Assembly (NCBI GenBank): GCA_965262675.1
Contig: OZ253554.1
Location: 3,220,640 to 3,284,639 of the forward strand
DNA from: Terriglobia bacterium
Lineage (GTDB): Bacteria > Acidobacteriota > Terriglobia > 20CM-2-55-15
Direction of reading: 5' to 3'
Length of the DNA: 64,000 bases
In this document: positions 10,044 through 19,335 of the stretch, in pieces
Position numbering within the stretch: the first letter of the stretch is position 1
Layout of the letters: each line of letters begins with the position of its first letter
Translations under genes and position numbers: made by a program
Notes under the pieces: generated by a model
The model's database searches: none
Seen by the model: the letters and a program-made list of their open reading frames with translations, nothing else
Told to the model about the DNA's origin: nothing

Positions 10044-10069
10044 GGCGGCCCGAAAGGGTCGCCTTTTTT
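10044..10069 (+). terminator. Rho-independent terminator after the radical SAM gene
   Basis: GGCGGCCC-GAAA-GGGTCGCC hairpin (8 bp, one G-U pair) followed by TTTTTT. Confidence 0.6.
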
Positions 10070-10160
10070 GCTGGCCCAGCCGGCCGCCCCGGCAAATTCG
10101 TCAATCGGTATCTGCCTCTTTGCGGTATATCCTATGGTTCAGGTTGTTAGAGGACAGGAA

Positions 10161-10502
10161 ATGAGTTGGGTCACCTTAGCGTTGGGATTGATCCGTGATG
10201 TCGCGACCACCGAACAGGGTCAGGAGATCATTAACGACATCAGATCGGGAACAACCGGAAAGCGCCCGCCAAACCCCGTACCGCCTCGGGAAGAGGAACT
10301 GGGCAAGTGGCGTCAATCGGTAGAAGAACGCTTTTCGGTGACGGATCGGAACATCGGGATGTTGGTCGGCATAGTCAATGCCCAGAACGAAGCACTGGTC
10401 CGGATCCAAAAACGGCAGCGCGTGTGGAACATCGTCCTTGCCGCCGCCGTTCCGATTGTGGTCTCCGGTGCGAGCCTCTGGTGGTTCTTCTTTCGAGGCT
10501 GA
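10161..10502 (+). CDS. Hypothetical protein with C-terminal transmembrane helix
   Basis: Track ORF 10068..10502 trimmed to ATG 10161, which has a GAGGACAGGAA Shine-Dalgarno. C-terminal hydrophobic segment NIVLAAAVPIVVSGASLWWFFF. Confidence 0.35.
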   Translation: MSWVTLALGLIRDVATTEQGQEIINDIRSGTTGKRPPNPVPPREEELGKWRQSVEERFSVTDRNIGMLVGIVNAQNEALVRIQKRQRVWNIVLAAAVPIVVSGASLWWFFFRG

Positions 10503-10551
10503 CTGAAACCGACCGCTTAGAGCCTTTCGATAGACGATCCCACGAAACGGC

Positions 10552-10947
10552 TCATGGCGTTTCGATAGACGATCCCGCGAACAGGCGCCGACCATCCTGG
10601 GTAATAACCCGGGCATTGCAGGTATCGGTTCCATCGTGAGCGCGGAAACCCTCGATCTGCACGTCATCTCCGGTCTTCAGCGTTTCGCTGGTCCACCCAA
10701 GACGGCGTAACGAATTGGGCGTCCCGCCCTCGCACTGCCAGTTCTCGACATCCCCATCCGCATTTCTGACATCCAGATAGAACCAGATATGCGGATTGGT
10801 CCACTCCACCTTCGTGATCTCTCCATCGAGTTCAACGGATTGGTCGGAATCGAAGACCGCCGCAAACGAGTGATGGGCCAACGCCGCGGCCGGTAGTAAC
10901 AGGGCGACTGTACAAAGTGTCAGTATTGCTTTCATCATTCCTTTCAT
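10552..10947 (-). CDS. Small secreted protein, paralog family B (mature N-terminus HHSFAAVFD)
   Basis: Signal peptide ends ...AAALA, then HHSFAAVFD, followed by W.NPH and DGRRLFAGSS motifs. Paralogous to 26764..27186 and 35796..36221. GGAGG Shine-Dalgarno 5 nt upstream of ATG 10947. Confidence 0.7.
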   Translation of the reverse strand: MKGMMKAILTLCTVALLLPAAALAHHSFAAVFDSDQSVELDGEITKVEWTNPHIWFYLDVRNADGDVENWQCEGGTPNSLRRLGWTSETLKTGDDVQIEGFRAHDGTDTCNARVITQDGRRLFAGSSIETP

Positions 10948-11109
10948 CCGGGCCTCCGACCGGCTGAATGTTTCTTCCACCGCAGTGGACGGACCGGCCA
11001 GAACGGATGGTACAAGTGGCCGTTGAAGAGGTCAAGGAAAAGGCTGAAATACGTCCCTCCTGAACATCTTGGAGAGCCAATCCGATGCAACGTCTCTTGA
11101 CACCCGCTC

Positions 11110-11139
11110 TTGACACCCGCGAACAACCGTACCCATAAT
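11110..11139 (+). promoter_or_regulatory. Sigma70-like promoter for the family A gene at 11181, with a duplicated -35 element
   Basis: TTGACA (11110), 18-nt spacer, CATAAT (11134). The 13-bp segment tcttgacacccgc is tandemly duplicated, giving a second TTGACA at 11097. Confidence 0.4.
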
Positions 11140-11180
11140 CGGGGCCACTATCGATCGCCACACCAGACAAGGGGTTCCCA

Positions 11181-11942
11181 ATGAAAATTCGCTTCTCGAA
11201 TTGGACCGTTGTATTCGCTGCCGTTGCCACGATCCTGCTGCTCGTACCAACTGCGACCGAAGCCCAGGACTCGATACCGCGACTCCAGAACGGCAAGCCC
11301 GACTTCAGCGGCATCTGGGACAAGCCGCGTGTGGGCAACATCGTCACGGACTCGAACACCTGCGGTGCGGCGAGCACGGGATGCGTTCAGGAAGGCGCCG
11401 GCGAACCCCCCTACACGGAACTGGGTCAGGCACGTTGGGACGGATATCGAAACGACTGGACCGGCTATTGTCTGCCCTGGGGATATACGCGGGCCTTGCA
11501 GACCTCATATCCGGTCGAGATCGTCCATACCCCCCGTCGCATGGCGTTCCTGTACGAATCCAACAACATTTTTCACGTCGTGAATGTGGACGGAGAACAG
11601 CCAGAAAACCTGGAAGCAACATGGATGGGACGATCGGTATCGCGCTGGGAAGGCGATACGCTGATTATCGATACCCGCGGATTCAACGGAAAGACCTATA
11701 TTGACACGGCGGAACATCCGATGAGTCCCGACATGGTCATCACTGAACGCATCGGCTATATCGATGCCGATCACCTCTCCTATCAGGTCACCTGGAACGA
11801 CCCCGTCATGTACACCCAGCCATTATCTAACAACCGCATCTTCGTTCGAATGGCGCCCGACGCCGAGCTTTTCGAATACTGGTGCATGGAAAACAACAAG
11901 GATCTGCTTGAAGGCCGGCTGCCGCCGCTGATCGAACAGTAG
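11181..11942 (+). CDS. Secreted protein, paralog family A (PDFSGIW / CLPWG / WEGDTLIID motifs)
   Basis: Signal peptide followed by PDFSGIWD, WEGDTLIIDTRGFNGKTY and a C-terminal EYWCMENN Cys. Four other paralogs lie in the window. Confidence 0.75.
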   Translation: MKIRFSNWTVVFAAVATILLLVPTATEAQDSIPRLQNGKPDFSGIWDKPRVGNIVTDSNTCGAASTGCVQEGAGEPPYTELGQARWDGYRNDWTGYCLPWGYTRALQTSYPVEIVHTPRRMAFLYESNNIFHVVNVDGEQPENLEATWMGRSVSRWEGDTLIIDTRGFNGKTYIDTAEHPMSPDMVITERIGYIDADHLSYQVTWNDPVMYTQPLSNNRIFVRMAPDAELFEYWCMENNKDLLEGRLPPLIEQ

Positions 11943-12093
11943 GTCGAACGGTAAGGAAATATCTGTGCGCACAAAAGTGAGTGCGCACTAACATACGACT
12001 CTTCGATTCGGAAATCCGCGATTTCCAATGGTCAACGTCCGGGCGTCGATCCTCCGCTCCTCAAACACTCTGATTCGGGACACCGTACCTTCT

Positions 12094-12600
12094 CTACTGA
12101 ATCGCATCCACGCCCGCTTGCGCCGCCACGCCGTCCTGCGCTCCACTTCCGCCGGAAACGCCAATGCCGCCAATCACCTGTCCATCCACGATAATCGGCA
12201 CGCCGCCATCGAGTGGGACGGCGCCCCGCAGGTTGAGAAGACGCACGCCCTGGCCTCCGGTTGCGACACCATCTTCGAAAACCCGGGTCGGACGCCGGAA
12301 CAGCGCCGCCGAACGCGCCTTGTCGACCGCAACCTCGACACTGCCCGTCTGAGTGCCGTCCATCTTTTCGAAATACACCAGGTGTCCCCCTGGATCCACG
12401 ATCGCAATCGCCATCGTCCAACCGTTCGACCGGGCCTCTTCCGCCGCGGCCGACGCCACGGCCCTGGCGTTCTCGAGGTCGACCGGCATACCGTAGGGGA
12501 TCTGTGGAGGAGGAGCGAAACCCTCCTGCGCGCGAACGGTTGGAGCCAATATCGCCAAAACGCACAGCAAGAGGTGGAAACGAACGAATTGCCGAACCAT
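12094..12600 (-). CDS. GlcG/HbpS-like heme-binding protein (DUF336), secreted
   Basis: Signal peptide. Motif MAIAIVDPGGHLVYFEKMDGTQ and the Gly-rich C-terminus GGIGVSGGSGAQD are typical of GlcG. Confidence 0.75.
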   Translation of the reverse strand: MVRQFVRFHLLLCVLAILAPTVRAQEGFAPPPQIPYGMPVDLENARAVASAAAEEARSNGWTMAIAIVDPGGHLVYFEKMDGTQTGSVEVAVDKARSAALFRRPTRVFEDGVATGGQGVRLLNLRGAVPLDGGVPIIVDGQVIGGIGVSGGSGAQDGVAAQAGVDAIQ

Positions 12601-12758
12601 AGACCTTTTCTCCTCGTCAGCGGGGACGTTATCAGAATTCGGGGTTCGAATTGTATCACCCGCGCAAAGCTTGTCAACCGAGCAGCAGTCGTTGCGCCCG
12701 GCGGTCTATTCTGAAAGAATCCCCACAGTTTCTTGACCGGCCGAGAGGGTCGTGACCA

Positions 12759-14177
12759 ATGCAATCTACCAATACAAATAACCGTTCCCTTCGGTTCGCG
12801 GTCATTCTGACAGTCGTGGCCGTCCTGTGGTTCATACCCGCACCCGAGGGAGTCCAGATCGAGGCCTGGCATCTGCTTGCCATCTTTCTGGGCACCATAT
12901 TGGGACTCATCCTGCAACCGGTACCCATGGGCGCGGTGGTCATCATGGGTTTGACAGCCACGGTATTCACGGGAACGCTCGAAATGGCCGACGCCCTGCT
13001 CGGCTATCAGAGCGCAACCGTGTGGTTGATCGTTTCGGCGTTCCTTTTCGCCCGATGCCTGAACAAGACGGGCCTCGGACGAAGAATTGCGTTTTTTTTC
13101 ATTCGACTGTTTGGCCACAAGACTCTGGGACTGGGTTACGCGCTGGGAATGGCCGACCTTGTTCTGGCGCCCGGCATCCCTTCCGGGACGGCCCGTACCG
13201 GGGGCGTTCTGTTTCCCGTCGTCAAAAGCCTGTCCGTCGCATACCGATCCGAACCCGGGCCCTCGGCGAAGCGCATCGGCGAATTCCTGATGATCTGTAC
13301 CTATCAAATCCATTGCATCACCTGTGCCATGTTCCTGACTGCAATGGTGGCCAACCCATTCATGGTGGAAATGGCCCAGGCGGTTGCCGGCATCGAGATT
13401 ACCTGGACCGGTTGGGCCTTCGCGGCTTTCGTTCCCGGAATCGTCAGCTTCATCGCCTTGCCGCTGATGTTGTTCGCAATGATCAGGCCAGAGATTCGCG
13501 AAACGCCGGAAGCGTCCGAGCTGGCTCGGGACGAACTCGACAAAATGGGTCCCATGAGCCGGGCCGAACGTTCGGTGATGGCCGTGTTCGGACTGGTTTT
13601 CCTGCTTTGGATCACCGGTTCCTTGACCGATCTGCATCCAACGGGTGTCGCGTTCCTGGGGCTATGCCTGATGCTCGTGCTCGAAGTCATCACATGGAAC
13701 GATGTCCTCGAAGAAAGGGCAGGCTGGGACGCGTTGGTGTGGTTTGGAGGATTGGTCGGCATGGCGACCATGCTCAGCCGGCTCGGGCTCACCGAATGGT
13801 TTTCGATGTTTGTCGGCGGATACATGGAAGGCTGGCCATGGCTGTACGTGTTGGCGGTGCTGACCCTGGTGTATCTGTACGCGCACTACTTCTTTGCGAG
13901 CCTGACGGCGCATACAACCGCCTTGTTCGCGCCGTTCCTCGTAACAGCCGTCGCGGCAGGGGCCCCGCCGTATCTTGCGGCGCTCACGCTCGCGTATTTC
14001 TCGAGCCTCTGCGCATCGCTGACCCACTACGCGGGCGGGCCATCGGCCATCTTCTGGGGTGCGGGATATACCGACATCAAGGGGTGGTGGAGTACGGGGT
14101 TCGCGACCTCCGTTCTGTTTGTCGTTATCTGGATGGGAATCGGACCGATCTGGTGGCGAACGCTGGGTCTTTTCTAG
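12759..14177 (+). CDS. DASS-family (divalent anion:Na+ symporter-like) anion transporter
   Basis: 472-aa polytopic membrane protein with DASS/SLC13-like repeated hairpin segments, for example GIPSGTARTGGVLFPV and SLTHYAGGPSAIFWGAGY. Confidence 0.8.
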   Translation: MQSTNTNNRSLRFAVILTVVAVLWFIPAPEGVQIEAWHLLAIFLGTILGLILQPVPMGAVVIMGLTATVFTGTLEMADALLGYQSATVWLIVSAFLFARCLNKTGLGRRIAFFFIRLFGHKTLGLGYALGMADLVLAPGIPSGTARTGGVLFPVVKSLSVAYRSEPGPSAKRIGEFLMICTYQIHCITCAMFLTAMVANPFMVEMAQAVAGIEITWTGWAFAAFVPGIVSFIALPLMLFAMIRPEIRETPEASELARDELDKMGPMSRAERSVMAVFGLVFLLWITGSLTDLHPTGVAFLGLCLMLVLEVITWNDVLEERAGWDALVWFGGLVGMATMLSRLGLTEWFSMFVGGYMEGWPWLYVLAVLTLVYLYAHYFFASLTAHTTALFAPFLVTAVAAGAPPYLAALTLAYFSSLCASLTHYAGGPSAIFWGAGYTDIKGWWSTGFATSVLFVVIWMGIGPIWWRTLGLF

Positions 14178-14229
14178 CGCGAGTTTACTGAAACAGTCCT
14201 TCAGGTTCCAAATATACGTAAACTCGCGC
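14177..14229 (+). other. 12-bp perfect inverted repeat (GCGCGAGTTTAC ... GTAAACTCGCGC) with a 29-nt loop, overlapping the transporter stop codon
   Basis: Left arm 14177-14188, right arm 14218-14229. Candidate terminator-like or protein-binding structure. Confidence 0.4.
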
Positions 14230-14285
14230 GAGCCTGCTTTTCTCACGGGTTGTCTGCTACAGCGCCGGATTCATGCGCCCTGGCG

Positions 14286-14420
14286 CTTGATCCGGCGCGA
14301 GGAACGCGCCGCTACGCGCCCGGCGCGAGGAACGCGCCGTAGAACGCGCCCGCGCTTGATCCGGCGCGAGGAACGCGCCGCTACGCGCCCGGCGCGAGGA
14401 ACGCGCCGCTACGCGCCGTA
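14286..14420. repeat. REP-like GC-rich palindromic repeats: two 69-bp-spaced copies of a segment carrying two hairpins each
   Basis: CTTGATCCGGCGCGAGGAACGCGCCGCTACGCGCCCGGCGCGAGGAACGCGCCG occurs at 14286 and 14355. The motif CGGCGCG-AGGAA-CGCGCCG (7-bp stem) occurs four times. Confidence 0.6.
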
Positions 14421-14477
14421 GCTCTGACGGCGTCTCCGACTCTTCGCGACGAAAACCCGAAAAAAAGGCAGCCTGAA

Positions 14478-15611
14478 TCAACGCACGTATACCTGTCCGT
14501 CCATGATCCGGCGCGCCGTTCCCGCGACCGCGGCCTTCGTCAACTCGAACCCCGAATCCGTCGCTTCGACCTGTATCAGAAAACTGGACACTCCCGACGG
14601 GTGTCCCACGCGGACGACACCGCCGTCGCCGGCCGCGGCACGGGTCACCCGCTCAACAACCGTTCCCTCGATGCGCGCCGCGGCGCCGAGACAAATCCCG
14701 CCGGTCACGGCATATGCCTTGTGCAGCACCCCGAAAGCCAACGTCCGAGCCAAGAGATCGCAAGCCGAACCCGAAACCGTCTCGCCACCGATCGTCCGGT
14801 AATCGTCCGGGGGCGCGACTATTCCGACCTTCGGAATAGCGGGCGATACACTGTCGGCATCCGGCGCCAACTTCATCATCAAGGCGCCCTGAACGCGGAT
14901 CTCATCCATGACGGCCAGAATTCGACGATCGCGTTCGAAATCGTCCGGCAGCTCGCGAGCCGTGAGCCCGACATCGGCGGCACGAGCGAAAATCGCCGGC
15001 GCCGCGGCATCGACCAAACTGACCGCTACCGGACCACAGCCCTTCACGTCGATCGTGTCCACTACATTGCCGGTTGGCAACAGACTGCCCGTCTTCGACC
15101 CCGAAGCGTCGAGAAAGTTGACGATGATCCTGGCACCGGTTCCCGGCACGCCATGAATCGAATACCCACCTTCGGTAACGGCGCGTCCGTCCCGAACCGG
15201 CACCTCGGCCACCATCCGCTTTCCGGTGTTCGTGTTGAAGATGCGGACTGGAGTGAACGGCTCCACGGCGGGCACGAGGCCTTCGTCAACCGCGAACGGC
15301 CCGACACCCTGCGAGATGTTTCCGCAGTTCCCCTGATAGTCCACCAAGCCCTTCTCGATCCCAACGTATCCCAGCGTGTAATCCACGTCGGAATCGGATC
15401 TGGAGGACGATTCGACAATCGCAACCTTGCTGGTGAGCGGGTCCGCACCGCCCAGGCCATCGATCTGTCTCGGATCTGGACTGCCGAAGATTGAAAGGAT
15501 CACGCGGTCGCGGGCCGCCGGATCGGTGGGCAGATCCCGGGCATGCACGAACACGCCCTTGCTGGTTCCTCCGCGAATAACCGCTGCCCGAATACGTTTG
15601 TTCTCATTCAC
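14478..15611 (-). CDS. PrpF/AcnD-accessory family isomerase (2-methylaconitate isomerase-like, DUF453)
   Basis: IRGGTSKG hallmark motif near the N-terminus. Track ORF 14478..15884 trimmed to GTG (MNENKRIRAAVIRGGTSKG), which has a GAGG upstream. Confidence 0.8.
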   Translation of the reverse strand: MNENKRIRAAVIRGGTSKGVFVHARDLPTDPAARDRVILSIFGSPDPRQIDGLGGADPLTSKVAIVESSSRSDSDVDYTLGYVGIEKGLVDYQGNCGNISQGVGPFAVDEGLVPAVEPFTPVRIFNTNTGKRMVAEVPVRDGRAVTEGGYSIHGVPGTGARIIVNFLDASGSKTGSLLPTGNVVDTIDVKGCGPVAVSLVDAAAPAIFARAADVGLTARELPDDFERDRRILAVMDEIRVQGALMMKLAPDADSVSPAIPKVGIVAPPDDYRTIGGETVSGSACDLLARTLAFGVLHKAYAVTGGICLGAAARIEGTVVERVTRAAAGDGGVVRVGHPSGVSSFLIQVEATDSGFELTKAAVAGTARRIMDGQVYVR

Positions 15612-15751
15612 GAATGGGGGCCTCGGCGGATGGTGGCCAAACTCGCGGGGCCCTGCAGGGTTCCGCCACTGAATGCGGTTCGCTCGTATTCCCGGCGGGT
15701 GACGACGCCATCGGCCATCCGTCAAGCCCGCCATCCCGGGAGACCAGGCTC

Positions 15752-15994
15752 CTAGTGGTAGTGCTGGTGCTCCTCGGACCACACACCCGAAGGGCGAGCT
15801 TCGTCGGCATCGCGATTGGACAACGCGTTCAGGAAACCGAGCGCGCCAAGAAGAAGGACACCGCCCAGAACGATCGCAAGCCACTTCCCACTCGACTCAA
15901 TTCGATCCGCGGATTGCTCGCCGTGACACTGCTTGTATTTCTTGCCACTGCCGCAGGGACAGGGAGCATTGCGCCCAACCTTTTCAGTCTTCAT
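15752..15994 (-). CDS. SEC-C motif small protein with one transmembrane helix
   Basis: [14 protein letters not shown] metal-binding SEC-C motif, plus hydrophobic segment [17 protein letters not shown]. Confidence 0.55.
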   Translation of the reverse strand: MKTEKVGRNAPCPCGSGKKYKQCHGEQSADRIESSGKWLAIVLGGVLLLGALGFLNALSNRDADEARPSGVWSEEHQHYH

Positions 15995-16235
15995 GGTGTT
16001 CGACAGTTTATCCGATCTTCAATATTCGTTTGCAATCAAAAATCGAGGCGGCTTCACTGGTCCCGGCCAGTCGATTGCCCGAAGTTCCCGCCCGGTCCGG
16101 CATGCGCGTTTCCCACCTTCGAATGTGTACTTTCAACGGGGCCATACGGCCTCGATATCAATGGTGGAACCAGAAAACCTTCGGCCACGTCTTCGACTGA
16201 CCGCTAACGCCGGTCGAGAAATCGGCCCAGGCGTC

Positions 16236-18443
16236 TCAGAACCGGAACGTGTACTGCAGCTTTGCCGTTACTCCGCGGTCCGCCATATCGAATCGCATTC
16301 GCCCGTCCGGCTGCTGTTCCCGGATCCATCCCTGATTGAAGACGAAAAACAGATCGCGGCCCGGATCCAGGATCCACTGGACGCGGCTCTGCCATCCCAG
16401 ATTGTTCGAGTCGTTGTCGAACTGGATCAGGTTGAAGAAAGTCAGAAATGGCGTTACCGAATAGTCGGCCCGCAGAGTGAAGATCCGGGCGGCGAAGTTG
16501 CCTTCAGGGAGACGTGCGAATGTCAGATTGTAGGACGCGGCGGCATCGAGGTTCGGGGCCAGTTTGTACTGGAACTGACCGGACAACTCGTTGGCCCGGC
16601 CCGACCAATACGATCCGAACCACCAGGTGGCGCCCACTTTCCAGGGACGATTGTCCGACGAAGAGAACTCGACGCGGTACCGGTCGAAACGGTAGTCGCC
16701 CGGCTGCAGTTCGATGCCGTCCGATATTTCGAACGGTTCGAAGAGTCGTTCGGACTGGCCCCGCCAATTCAACTCGAACCGGTCGCCGGAGTTCCACGTC
16801 CAGTTCAGCGGTGCGGTGAAGAACTGCCAACTTTCGACCTGGCCGGTGTCTATCCGCGTATGCCGTGTGAACGCGAACTGGTGCAGCATCTGGCGAATTC
16901 CGAAGAAATCGCCGGGGCGTGGAGCGAATTCAACGGTGAAATCCAGACGCGTGGTGTCGGGACGTTGAACGAACCCCATTGCCGGATCGAAATTCTTCTC
17001 GGCACGAAGCCAGGCGCCTTCCAGCGACCAGAGGTCGTTGGGATAGGCCACCGCCACCCGGTATGCGCCGGAATCTCCCGATATCCCCTCGTTGCGGACG
17101 CCCACCGCGAACGCCTGGATGTTGAAGTTGCGCCCGGTACCCAGAAAGTTCGATGTTCCCAAGAGCAGGTCGCCTCCGTAGGTGTGCGCCGAACGGCCGG
17201 TTTCCGAGCTTCCTTCCGTGTAGATCATTCCCACATAGGACTGGTTCAGGATGTTCCGCTTGACGCGCGCCGCCAGGTAGTTCTGCGCGTCGGTAAATCC
17301 GGTTTCCCGAGTGCGTGCGTCCAGAATGCCCACGTCGAAACGACCGGCCTTGCCGGCAAGTTTGACGCCGGCGAGGATCGGGACCTCCCGACCGCCGAGC
17401 AGGCCGATCTTTCGACTGAAAAAGGGCAGCAGGGTCGGTCCGAAGCCACCGCTGACACCAAAATCGAACACGCCGGCATTCTCAAGGAAGAACGATCGTT
17501 TCTCCGGGAAAAACAGGGGAAAGCGGTCCAGATTGATCTGGCGATCGTCCACCTCGGTCTCCGCGAAGTCGGTGTTGAGCGTGGTCGTCAACCGGAGGCT
17601 GGGCGTGATGTTGTAGAAGAAGTCCCCGCCGACGTCACCTTCCCGCAGGTTGTTTTCGTCAAAGCGAGAGTCGATCCATCGGCCCGAAACGAACGGACGC
17701 ACATCCAGTCCTCGCCCCTCGTCGATTCCGGTCAGGCCCTCCATGTCGCCGGCCTCGGAAACCTGAACGAAATCCGCGTCCAGACGGGCTCCGGACCAAC
17801 GATCTTCCTCGCGTTTTCGGCCGATCGTGCGGGAGACGTTGAAGCCCCATGCCTGTAGTCCCTGCGAAAAACTCAGGCTCTTGAACGGGATGGCGAACTC
17901 GGCCGTCCATCCATCGTCGTTCTGCCGGATGCGGACGTTCCAGATCGCGTTCCAGTCACTGTTGATTTCGCCATTCTCGATGATCAGGCCGTCGACCAGG
18001 GCACCGGCCGGATTTGTCGAAAAGTAGAAGGCGTTGCGCCGGTCCCTGAATGTGTCCAACAGGACTTCGATCCGATCGTCGACCGAGAGGTCGGCATCGC
18101 GGGACATCTGGGTCGCAACGATCCCTCCGGGGTCGGAGTCGAAACAGACGATGCCAATATAGAGTGTCGCGCTGTCATACAGGACGCGGACCTCGGTGCG
18201 CTCGGTTGGCGCAGCGCCTTCCACGGGCTCGCGCTGCAGGAACTCTCCGATCGGCGCGGTAGATTGCCAGTCCGATTCCGACAGGTCCCCGTCCAGAGTG
18301 ATCGGCGACATCGTCCGGACCGCGATTCCGCGCCGCGCTCCGCCGGTTTGACCGCCGGGTTCGGCGCCCCAGGCGGGCTCCAGACCGAGAATCAGGATAA
18401 CGATGGTTTGGATGAGAATCGTGACTCGGAATGTGGTTTTCAT
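16236..18443 (-). CDS. Secreted CBM9-like/DUF5916 family protein (large beta-rich outer-membrane-associated protein)
   Basis: Signal peptide, N-terminal carbohydrate-binding-family-9-like segment (ITLDGDLSESDWQS...VLYDSATLYIGIVCFD), then a long Tyr/Gly/Asp-rich beta region. Family call is from memory. Confidence 0.7.
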   Translation of the reverse strand: MKTTFRVTILIQTIVILILGLEPAWGAEPGGQTGGARRGIAVRTMSPITLDGDLSESDWQSTAPIGEFLQREPVEGAAPTERTEVRVLYDSATLYIGIVCFDSDPGGIVATQMSRDADLSVDDRIEVLLDTFRDRRNAFYFSTNPAGALVDGLIIENGEINSDWNAIWNVRIRQNDDGWTAEFAIPFKSLSFSQGLQAWGFNVSRTIGRKREEDRWSGARLDADFVQVSEAGDMEGLTGIDEGRGLDVRPFVSGRWIDSRFDENNLREGDVGGDFFYNITPSLRLTTTLNTDFAETEVDDRQINLDRFPLFFPEKRSFFLENAGVFDFGVSGGFGPTLLPFFSRKIGLLGGREVPILAGVKLAGKAGRFDVGILDARTRETGFTDAQNYLAARVKRNILNQSYVGMIYTEGSSETGRSAHTYGGDLLLGTSNFLGTGRNFNIQAFAVGVRNEGISGDSGAYRVAVAYPNDLWSLEGAWLRAEKNFDPAMGFVQRPDTTRLDFTVEFAPRPGDFFGIRQMLHQFAFTRHTRIDTGQVESWQFFTAPLNWTWNSGDRFELNWRGQSERLFEPFEISDGIELQPGDYRFDRYRVEFSSSDNRPWKVGATWWFGSYWSGRANELSGQFQYKLAPNLDAAASYNLTFARLPEGNFAARIFTLRADYSVTPFLTFFNLIQFDNDSNNLGWQSRVQWILDPGRDLFFVFNQGWIREQQPDGRMRFDMADRGVTAKLQYTFRF

Positions 18444-18475
18444 TTCTTCTGGTGTCGTTTCCGCGGGTATCGATC

Positions 18476-19102
18476 TTACAGGTGTCGATCCAAAGCGGCC
18501 GTGGCATCCGCCTTGCGCAGTTCCCGGAGGACGTTCCTGCTCCTGGCACGAATGCCTGGACTCTCCTCCCTGCCCGTTGCTTCCAACGTCAATCGCAACT
18601 CGCGGCGCAGTTCGGCGTAGGGGAGGGCGATGTTGCGGGCGGTGAATATCGCATGCGCGCGAACAGCGATAGGCTGCCGTGGGGACGCGGTGATTTCGAT
18701 GGCGGCGTCGAAGACCTCACCGGCAATATCGTCATCGATCTCGATGAATGAAAGCGCGCGCCACAACTCGCGCCGCATGCTCGCATTCTCGCAGTCCACG
18801 AGCATTTGCCAGATCAGGCGTTGCGCTCGGGCGCCGTCGGGCCGGTTGCGTTCGACGAAACGAGAGAACATCCACGTCATGTACCACTTCACTGGGAGCT
18901 TCCGGCGGCGCATCTCGTCGAAAAACGCTTCGAAGTCTATCCCTTTGCGCGCCATGAGACCGGCCCAACGCGCGACGTTCGGCGTCGTGCGGTCCGAAGC
19001 CAGCGAGTCGGCCAATTCCCGAGGCGAGAGCGGCGAATGGGAACCAGCGGCCGTCAACGCTTGCGAAGCCTTGACGACGGGTCCGGATCTTTCGGCATTC
19101 AT
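18476..19102 (-). CDS. DNA alkylation repair enzyme-like (HEAT-repeat, AlkD-like) protein
   Basis: Helical repeat protein resembling the AlkD/AlkC family. Start ambiguous: internal ATG (MNAERSG) chosen over the TTG at 19165. Confidence 0.45.
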   Translation of the reverse strand: MNAERSGPVVKASQALTAAGSHSPLSPRELADSLASDRTTPNVARWAGLMARKGIDFEAFFDEMRRRKLPVKWYMTWMFSRFVERNRPDGARAQRLIWQMLVDCENASMRRELWRALSFIEIDDDIAGEVFDAAIEITASPRQPIAVRAHAIFTARNIALPYAELRRELRLTLEATGREESPGIRARSRNVLRELRKADATAALDRHL

Positions 19103-19335
19103 GACACCAAAAACTCGGTAATGTCTCGGTTCGAATGCCGTCAGAGACAAACTCCACAATCTCAAACCTGGACACTACGAACAGTTCTTTTTCCTATGCA
19201 GTAGCCCTCAGCTAAAATACCATGCTTGGAAGCTTTGGAACGGGTTGCATAGTTCTCTTGATAAACGACTTCGCCCACGGGGAATTGCTCGTGATCGAGT
19301 GCTTGGGAACGCTCAACGTTAAGGAAGGGTGGTCG

